Virus record (IMG/VR): IMGVR_UViG_3300009151_000057
Location: 1-64,000 of that record
Length of the DNA stretch: 64,000 nucleotides
DNA from: a virus
Reading direction: 5' to 3' (one strand)
Position 1 is the stretch's first letter. Every line of letters starts with the position of its first letter. Positions 57,993-64,000 of the stretch are shown in pieces. The translations under genes and the position numbers were made by a program. Below the pieces are notes generated by a model. The model made no database searches and was not told where the DNA came from. It was given only the letters and a program-made list of their open reading frames with translations.

Positions 57993-58427
57993 ATGGAAGA
58001 AATTCACTCATCCTCTGAGTTAGTGCAGTTACTACATTCTTTTATAGATGGTGGATGGCTAGTACTAATAGTGGGTATATGTGGAATGATGGCGAGATTA
58101 GCTCTTTTTAGTGGGAAAGTAACATTTGCGTATTGTATTAAAAATTTACTTGCAGCTATGTTATGCAGCACAATAACATGGGTAATTTTAGAAGAAATAA
58201 AAATGCATTTTATGTATAAAGCTATAATTTACACATTAGCAGGTTTAGATGCTCCAGAGTTGTTAAGAGGAGCAATGAAATTAGCTAGTGGATTTGCTCA
58301 AGATCCACATTCATTTTTACTACAATTACAAAAGGGAAAATTTTATGGCGGCAAAAACAACGACTCAACAAATAACAGATCAAATAACAGATCAAATAAC
58401 AGGACACATAGAGCACGAAGTAAATAG
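57993..58427 (+). CDS. Three-TM membrane protein, holin-like
   Basis: G..GM.AR, three hydrophobic segments, G..APE; GTGTAA 7 nt upstream. Confidence 0.6.
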   Translation: MEEIHSSSELVQLLHSFIDGGWLVLIVGICGMMARLALFSGKVTFAYCIKNLLAAMLCSTITWVILEEIKMHFMYKAIIYTLAGLDAPELLRGAMKLASGFAQDPHSFLLQLQKGKFYGGKNNDSTNNRSNNRSNNRTHRARSK

Positions 58428-59139
58428 AAATAAAATTTTTATTGTATTACTTGGATGCTTAATTCTTTGCATGGCTTTCTTTGGAAAAGTAATTAATGAT
58501 AGTGCAAATGATGCTTTCGATAAGGTTGAACAACATTTTACATTATCGAATGATTATTTATCGCCAATTTTTGATACTTATTCTTGCGTAACCGTAGATG
58601 GAGTAGTTAAAGTTGCCCATAAAATAAAAAACAAAAAAGAAGTTTCGGAAGAAATGAAACTTAGATTTGCTGAAACAAAAATAAAATTACAATATTATTT
58701 TGAAAATACACCTTGTCATAAAAAAGAATTAATAGAAAAATTAAAAAAGCAAACAGATGATACAAATAACTATTGGGATAAAATTTTAATAAATTTTGAC
58801 TCTGACAATGCTTCAAATTTTGCTATGGATACTTTAGAAAGCGGAGAATTATATGCTCAAACTGATCCTATTTTAGGAACAATAAATTCTTTATTAGATT
58901 GTCACTTAGAAACTTCGAAAACAGAGAACAATAAATGTCAAAAATCCTTGAAATCTTTCAAAAGAATCTGTATAGTCAGTTCATCCATAGGGATAACAAT
59001 TATAATGGCTGTCATTATAAAATTCTTTACCGAAAAAAATGAAATTCAAAAAGGGCGTAGCAACAATATCAGTGGAAAAAGTGTGGGACGACCAAAGTCA
59101 GCAACACCTCGTAAAAAAGCAGTTCCAAACAAAAAATAA
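58345..59139 (+). CDS. Two-TM protein with periplasmic helical-bundle (chemoreceptor sensor-like) domain
   Basis: TM - about 170-aa helical region - TM - basic tail. Confidence 0.55.
   Translation: MAAKTTTQQITDQITDQITGHIEHEVNRNKIFIVLLGCLILCMAFFGKVINDSANDAFDKVEQHFTLSNDYLSPIFDTYSCVTVDGVVKVAHKIKNKKEVSEEMKLRFAETKIKLQYYFENTPCHKKELIEKLKKQTDDTNNYWDKILINFDSDNASNFAMDTLESGELYAQTDPILGTINSLLDCHLETSKTENNKCQKSLKSFKRICIVSSSIGITIIMAVIIKFFTEKNEIQKGRSNNISGKSVGRPKSATPRKKAVPNKK
58369..58402 (+). repeat. 12-bp tandem repeat (CAAATAACAGAT, about 2.8 copies)
   Basis: Seen directly; lies within a gene overlap. Confidence 0.9.
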
Positions 59140-59485
59140 ATATCAAAAAGAAAGAGATTTCTATATTGGATATGGTTTGTTTTTTGATTTTGTCACTGAT
59201 TTAGTGAAATTTGATGATGAAACTAAAACTATTTGGACCAAATATTGCGGCATTTCATTAAATTTAAAATATCCTTCCAAAGAAAGATATAAATTTAAAC
59301 AAGGTATTCGTTCAATAGTTGAACAATTAGAAAGTTATAATTTATTCCATAACGACATAAGATGGAAAAATATAGTGGAAAGTGATAAAGGTGAGTTATT
59401 TTTGATTGACTTTGAGGTCATTTCGAATGATAATAAGGAGAGAGATCCAGAATATATTCTCCGAGATAGACCAAATAAAAAATGA
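59039..59485 (+). CDS. Minimal protein-kinase-like (RIO/Kdo kinase-type) protein
   Basis: VKK..F, E, HNDIRWKNI, LIDFE. Confidence 0.75.
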   Translation: MKFKKGVATISVEKVWDDQSQQHLVKKQFQTKNKYQKERDFYIGYGLFFDFVTDLVKFDDETKTIWTKYCGISLNLKYPSKERYKFKQGIRSIVEQLESYNLFHNDIRWKNIVESDKGELFLIDFEVISNDNKERDPEYILRDRPNKK

Positions 59486-59892
59486 AAACTGTACCAACCG
59501 TTCATGAACTGCGAAAGCAAGGATATAAAGTAAGAGTGACTCACATTAGGAAGTTTCAACGCTTTGATCCACAAACTGGAAAGAAGACGCAATTTTATGC
59601 TCCTTTTCAGTCTAATAAATTTTCAAAAAATCATCCAGATTCCCCTTTGATTGCCGAGAAAGAAAAGTATGAAGAGTTCTTTTTATGCATTCGTGGTGGT
59701 GAGACTATCGTTGAAATCGCTTTCAAGGGTAAAGAAATCGGTAGAGGTGTAGCTGTATGCTCTGACGAAGATTCGTATGTGAAGAAATATGGCGTAAAAA
59801 AAGCTGTTGCGTTAGCCCTAAAAGCTTCAAAACTAAACCAAGATCCATATGCTCATTTAAGGAAACTTTTTAATGTTAAAAAAACTCCTTAG
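59482..59892 (+). CDS. Hypothetical phage protein
   Basis: GYKVRVTH.R...GG.T...G.A.CS..D.Y.KK.G. Confidence 0.7.
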   Translation: MKTVPTVHELRKQGYKVRVTHIRKFQRFDPQTGKKTQFYAPFQSNKFSKNHPDSPLIAEKEKYEEFFLCIRGGETIVEIAFKGKEIGRGVAVCSDEDSYVKKYGVKKAVALALKASKLNQDPYAHLRKLFNVKKTP

Positions 59893-59915
59893 TAAGTTTA
59901 TTTGTTTAGCTTTTT

Positions 59916-59954
59916 ATCATTTAGGCGATATCTGTTGTCGTCTAGGTGATTTTT
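59916..59954 (+). terminator. Probable terminator
   Basis: ATCATTTAGGCGATA/TGTCGTCTAGGTGAT stem followed by T-run. Confidence 0.65.
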
Positions 59955-60032
59955 ACTTATATAATAAGTTCATGTCTTTATCTCTTGACATAGATATCAA
60001 AAACAATTTAAATATTTGGAAAGAATCACAAG

Positions 60033-60935
60033 ATGAATAAAACACTATATGTAATATTGCCATACTTTAATTTTTTAAAGAAAAAAAGTTTCGACAAAAA
60101 TTTAGATCTTTTTTTAACTAATTTTAAAAAGTATATTAATATACAAATAGTTATCAGTGAAGCGTCATGTGATGGTGAATTTTTAGAAGTTGAATGTTTT
60201 AAACATTTAAAATATCAAACATCTCAAATTCTATGGTATAAAGAAAATTTAATTAATTTGGCAATTAAATCCTTACCAGAAGATTGGAATTATGTTGCTT
60301 GGATAGATAGAGATGTAGAATTTTTAGAAGAATCTTGGGTGGAACAAACTATTAATTCACTTAATAATTTTAGTATTATACAGCCTTGGTCAAATATTAC
60401 ATTTTTAGATCAAGATGAAAATCCAGAATTTTCAGAAAAAATAAGAGTATCCTCAGTTAATTTTGCGTTAAATTATTTTAATTTTGATATTCATTTTCCT
60501 CATCCAGGCCATGCTTGGGCAGCAAATAAAAATTTTTTTAATACAGTTGGTTTCTTATATGACAAAATGATATTTGGTGGCGCTGATTTAATTATTTTTG
60601 ATTGTATTTTTAACTTTTTACCAAAATTTAAAAAAAAATTTTGTTTATCTAAACAATACTATTCAATATGCGATAAATATAGAAATTGTTTTAAATCTGT
60701 AAAAGTAAGTTTTATAAATCAAAAAATTATACATCATTTTCATGGCAAAATTGAAGATAGAAGAAAAATACAATTTAAAAATGAAAAAATAAATAGAGAT
60801 TTTATTTACAAAGAATTAAATTTAAACGAAGATATGTTCTTTTATAGAGAAGATGGGCTTTTACAATTAAAAGAAGATTTTTTATACATTGAAGAAATTT
60901 TGAAACAATATCTCTTGCAACGTGCGGAAATTTAA
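60033..60935 (+). CDS. GT-A glycosyltransferase-like protein
   Basis: LWYKENLIN, YVAWIDRD (DxD), HPGHAWA, GGAD, H.FHG. Confidence 0.75.
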   Translation: MNKTLYVILPYFNFLKKKSFDKNLDLFLTNFKKYINIQIVISEASCDGEFLEVECFKHLKYQTSQILWYKENLINLAIKSLPEDWNYVAWIDRDVEFLEESWVEQTINSLNNFSIIQPWSNITFLDQDENPEFSEKIRVSSVNFALNYFNFDIHFPHPGHAWAANKNFFNTVGFLYDKMIFGGADLIIFDCIFNFLPKFKKKFCLSKQYYSICDKYRNCFKSVKVSFINQKIIHHFHGKIEDRRKIQFKNEKINRDFIYKELNLNEDMFFYREDGLLQLKEDFLYIEEILKQYLLQRAEI

Positions 60936-60943
60936 CGTATAGT
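60915..60943 (+). promoter_or_regulatory. Sigma70-like promoter
   Basis: TTGCAA-17-TATAGT, ATG 8 nt downstream. Confidence 0.6.
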
Positions 60944-60951
60944 GAAATTGT

Positions 60952-61470
60952 ATGAATATATTTTGCTTAGATCCAAATCCTACAATCGCAGCACAATACA
61001 ACTGCGACCAACACTGTAATAAAATTGTGCTTGAATGCGCACAAATGATGGCTAATTGTTTCTCTTTAGATGTACTCCAATCTGCTCCTCCTAACTCTTT
61101 GGGTAAACCTCGCAAGCATTCCTATTACAATCATCCTGTATCTAAATGGATGCGGCAAACACTGGGCAATCTGTTCTGGTCTATCGATCATGCTTTTGCC
61201 CTTGAGTCTGAGCGTATCTATCGCGGCTACAATCCTCACTTTTCTATGCGATTTATTCGCTGGGTAGCTGATAATTTTGACAAAGGAGTCGTGCCAGACG
61301 ACCAAAAAACCGAATTTGCAGTCGCCATAGCAGACCAGATGCAATGTCGCCAACATCCTGACTTCAATTTGCTTGACTCCGTTGGCAAATATCGTCTATA
61401 TTACCAGCACGACAAGCCCTTTGTTACATGGACTCGCCGCTCACAACCCGATTGGTTTGCTAAAAAATAA
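60952..61470 (+). CDS. Pyrimidine-dimer DNA glycosylase family protein
   Basis: MNIF.LD..P..AAQ..CD.H..K..LE.AQM, NHP...W, YR.YY..K...WT.R..P.W. Confidence 0.85.
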   Translation: MNIFCLDPNPTIAAQYNCDQHCNKIVLECAQMMANCFSLDVLQSAPPNSLGKPRKHSYYNHPVSKWMRQTLGNLFWSIDHAFALESERIYRGYNPHFSMRFIRWVADNFDKGVVPDDQKTEFAVAIADQMQCRQHPDFNLLDSVGKYRLYYQHDKPFVTWTRRSQPDWFAKK

Positions 61471-61472
61471 TT

Positions 61473-61847
61473 ATGAAATTTCAAACTGCAGCAATAATAC
61501 TTGGATTAACAATCTCTAGCGCAACTTTTACTGCGCTATCAAGATCTTATCATGATGAAATTGCATATAATAAAGGTTATGCAGATTCAACTTCATACTT
61601 TAAACAAATGCTTTTGGATGAAGGATTTGCAGAATACGATAAAAAAACTGCCGAATGGCATTTACTTGATCCATCTACTATTCAAGGCAATTTAATTCCA
61701 GTGCCAAAAAGAATTCTTTATACCACAATAGAAGATCAAATTCAATCTTACGAAGATGAATTAAAGGTACTCAAAAAACAAAAGGAAATTGCTTCAAAAA
61801 GACAACCTCGTTCACAGACTGTAAAGTTAGATATGAAAAAACTTTAG
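61473..61847 (+). CDS. Membrane-anchored hypothetical protein
   Basis: N-terminal hydrophobic segment; coiled coil. Confidence 0.6.
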   Translation: MKFQTAAIILGLTISSATFTALSRSYHDEIAYNKGYADSTSYFKQMLLDEGFAEYDKKTAEWHLLDPSTIQGNLIPVPKRILYTTIEDQIQSYEDELKVLKKQKEIASKRQPRSQTVKLDMKKL

Positions 61848-62237
61848 TTACATCAAAGTAATTAAATATTTTAATTGATTTAAAGAACCTAACATTTCAT
61901 CTCTTATATTTAAGAGATCAGTACGTCCGCTAAGTTGAGGATCGGAATCAAAAGATTTTAAATATTCAATATATCCATCAACAGTATTGGCAATATTTGA
62001 AGAAAAACCAAATTCAGATGATGTAGATTTGTAATTGTTTAATTCTAAAACAAAATTAGTCTGAGAAAATACACGACCAAAAGTTCCTTGATATGTTTCA
62101 ACAAATTCATCAATTGATTCTTCCAATGCTTCGTAAGTCATATCTAAAGCCTTATGCTCAGAAAAACTACTAGTTTGCCAATGAAATACTTTAATTTGAT
62201 TAAGAATTGTTAATAAAGGAGTAATAATTGAAGCCAT
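61848..62237 (-). CDS. Ferritin/Dps-like protein (DUF5856-like)
   Basis: FHWQT.SF.EHKAL..YE.L...D.FVE.YQG; DL.NI.DEM....NQ.KYL.TL. Confidence 0.85.
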   Translation of the reverse strand: MASIITPLLTILNQIKVFHWQTSSFSEHKALDMTYEALEESIDEFVETYQGTFGRVFSQTNFVLELNNYKSTSSEFGFSSNIANTVDGYIEYLKSFDSDPQLSGRTDLLNIRDEMLGSLNQLKYLITLM

Positions 62238-62305
62238 ACTGTATAATTACACTAATAGAACATTTTTCAATTGACTTTTGAATTTCAAGAGTTATTCTAA
62301 TATAT

Positions 62306-62563
62306 ATGGACATTTTTGTGGAGATACCATTGGATAATTTTAATTCTTTCTTTGAAAAAGAATATTTAAATCATAATAAAAGCGCTTCTTATTATGAAAT
62401 ATTCCATAAAATGTCTGAATTCAAAAAGAGTTACGCAAATCAAATTTTAGAAAATTATTATGGATTGCATTACATGGGTCTTGTGCAAGATAATAATAGT
62501 TATAAATTCACAGTACTGAATAAAAAATTGTATAGTATTGCAAAATTAAAATTTGGTATATGA
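62306..62563 (+). CDS. Hypothetical protein
   Basis: TTGACT-16-TATTCT then ATG 7 nt downstream. Confidence 0.6.
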   Translation: MDIFVEIPLDNFNSFFEKEYLNHNKSASYYEIFHKMSEFKKSYANQILENYYGLHYMGLVQDNNSYKFTVLNKKLYSIAKLKFGI

Positions 62564-62904
62564 TTTTATATGTTACTTATGCAACCTTTGCGTATTGGTC
62601 AATAGATTTGCGCAAAGAAATAAAATTAAAAATGATTAGCTCTGGTAGCAAAATAACAATGGAAGATTATTTTCCTCTACAAAATAAAATGACCAGAAAG
62701 CATATTGGTTTTGAATACAGTTCTTCTGAAAATGGCGCTGGCTATTATCATAATGCTTTAAATAAATTTTCATCTAAACCAACCGCTATTGTTAGAGAAA
62801 GCGTTATTAAATTAAGAGTTTTAAATCAAAAAAAATTTACAAATTTTATGTTTAAATATAATAAAGATTTTGATTTTATAGACAAAGATAAGGTTATGAT
62901 GTAA
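62560..62904 (+). CDS. Hypothetical protein
   Basis: Coupled ORF (ATGA overlap). Confidence 0.6.
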   Translation: MILYVTYATFAYWSIDLRKEIKLKMISSGSKITMEDYFPLQNKMTRKHIGFEYSSSENGAGYYHNALNKFSSKPTAIVRESVIKLRVLNQKKFTNFMFKYNKDFDFIDKDKVMM

Positions 62905-62916
62905 TATAATTTATAT

Positions 62917-63342
62917 GGGGGTGCAAGGATTCGACTATATCGAAGTTTGTAACTAACATGCAATGGGTAGAATTGACCATTAAAACAATTCAAAAAATCA
63001 AACGCCGAAGATAATACTGACGCTATCTTGGCAGAAGCTGAGTACATCATCAACAACGCTGACTTGTTCATCGTTGATGAAGTGTTCGCAGAAGCTGCAT
63101 AAGAAACAGAAACGGACTCCGTTAAACTTTCTGTAAAACGTAACGGGTAGGGCAAAATCGTGAAACCCTGAGAAATAAATCGAGAGTTACTGGTAGACTT
63201 CGCGCCAGTAGGTAGACTTTAAAAGTAGGTGATGCACCACGGCAACCTTTAGTCATCAAATGCCAAACGTATCTAAGCATGTAAGTAGTTAGTTATTAAT
63301 TAGTTATAGGACTCGGCTATCGTCATGCCGACACCTCCACCA
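62917..63342 (+). ncRNA. ssrA: tmRNA
   Basis: GGGGGTG..AAGGATTCGAC 5' end; CACCTCC-A-CCA 3' end with G3:U70; tag ORF 63004-63102 ending in AA*. Confidence 0.95.
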
Positions 63343-63383
63343 CTTTCTCTTGACTTATTGCTTCAGTGTTGTATGATTGCCTT

Positions 63384-63884
63384 ATGAAAATATCAGAATC
63401 AGATTTTGAAGCTTTATACAAAGAGTATAAAATTAGATTGTTTAAGTTTGTAGAAAAAATTGTTTATTGTCCAAGTAGAGCAGAAGATATTGTTCAGGAA
63501 ACTTTTGCACGCTTGCTTAAGCAAGACTACGAAAAAATAAAAGACCATGTTACAAAATGGCTTTTTACGGTATGTCGTAATTTATCTTTTAAATTAAAAG
63601 CAAAAGAAAAAAGATATGTCACCTTACTTGAAGATGATTCAGATATTATAGATGAAGCAAAAAATCCATCTGAATCATTAGATTTTTCAGAACAAAAAGA
63701 AAATCTTTTAAAGTGTATTGAAAGACTATCTCCTCTACAAAAGAAAGTTATTAAATTAAGATATTTAAAACAATTAAATAATCCAGAAATTGCTAAAACT
63801 TTAAAAATAACTGTAAATGCCGTTTCATTTCATGTTTGCAAAGGAAAGCAAAATCTTTTTGAAATTATGAAATTTTCTCACTAA
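63384..63884 (+). CDS. ECF-type sigma70 factor
   Basis: AEDIVQETF, WLFTV.RN, L...Q..VI.LRY...EIA..L; TTGACT-16-TATGAT then ATG 6 nt downstream. Confidence 0.92.
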   Translation: MKISESDFEALYKEYKIRLFKFVEKIVYCPSRAEDIVQETFARLLKQDYEKIKDHVTKWLFTVCRNLSFKLKAKEKRYVTLLEDDSDIIDEAKNPSESLDFSEQKENLLKCIERLSPLQKKVIKLRYLKQLNNPEIAKTLKITVNAVSFHVCKGKQNLFEIMKFSH

Positions 63885-63923
63885 ATTGATTGACATTAAA
63901 CTTAAAATATTTAAACTATAAAT

Positions 63924-64000
63924 ATGAGCATTAAAGTAGAAAAAGATATCAAAATGAATATGTCCTTGAGCCCCTCTCAAACCAAGGATGCGTTGAGACT
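63924..64000 (+). CDS. Partial hypothetical protein
   Basis: TTGACA-16-TAAACT then ATG; frame open to window edge. Confidence 0.5.
   Translation, partial: MSIKVEKDIKMNMSLSPSQTKDALR

Noticed and set aside
59979..60917. 9-bp TATCTCTTG flanking the AT-rich GT gene as a target-site duplication
   Set aside because: Short, AT-rich and coincident with -35 boxes; plausibly chance
1422..61356. Many 60-115 aa ORFs nested in or antisense to recognised genes (e.g. 1619, 3999, 4611, 15993, 36392, 61066)
   Set aside because: Frame shadows without promoters, motifs or translational coupling
62826..63155. 109-aa minus-strand ORF
   Set aside because: Antisense to the tmRNA tag region
1..64000. Stop-codon reassignment
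   Set aside because: Conserved genes are full length in code 11; TAG and TGA end genes at expected positions (gmd, dnaE, recA); no suppressor tRNA seen

Overview
This is 64 kb of a large, AT-rich, tailed dsDNA bacteriophage in the standard genetic code, with no CRISPR array, integrase or transposase visible. A Tat-type DUF1501 gene, an ECF sigma factor and the near absence of Shine-Dalgarno sites suggest a Verrucomicrobia/Planctomycetes (PVC) host (inference). Replication/recombination genes: SSB, RecA, DnaB, DnaG, a Cas4/RecB-like nuclease, a family-C polymerase split into PHP, DEDDh exonuclease and DnaE core genes, and a Clp ATPase. Nucleotide metabolism: dNMP kinase, dUTPase, NrdB/NrdA, GuaC, dCMP deaminase, ThyX. 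Glycosylation: about 8 glycosyltransferases, a methyltransferase, Gmd, a ColD-like dehydratase, a cupin and a T4 beta-glucosyltransferase-like protein. Virion and lysis: a lambdoid tail-tip module (L, JAB-only K, two I paralogs, J), a chaperone-tipped tail fibre, a GH46 lysin, holin candidates and overlapping spanins. Also two sigma factors, four tRNAs, a tRNA fragment and a tmRNA. Main observations: (1) an unrecognised ~475-nt highly structured ncRNA right after tRNA-Met, closed by a terminal stem and containing three covarying copies of one module; (2) a radical-SAM + DUF1501 cassette flanked by a 25-bp duplication of the tRNA-Tyr 3' end; (3) two promoter classes (sigma70-like and a recurrent GTGTAA element), both giving essentially leaderless mRNAs; (4) a probable -1 frameshift or slippage at an A9 run; (5) the three-gene Pol III; (6) atypical tRNAs and tmRNA. 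Protein family calls come from motif recognition by eye, not database searches.
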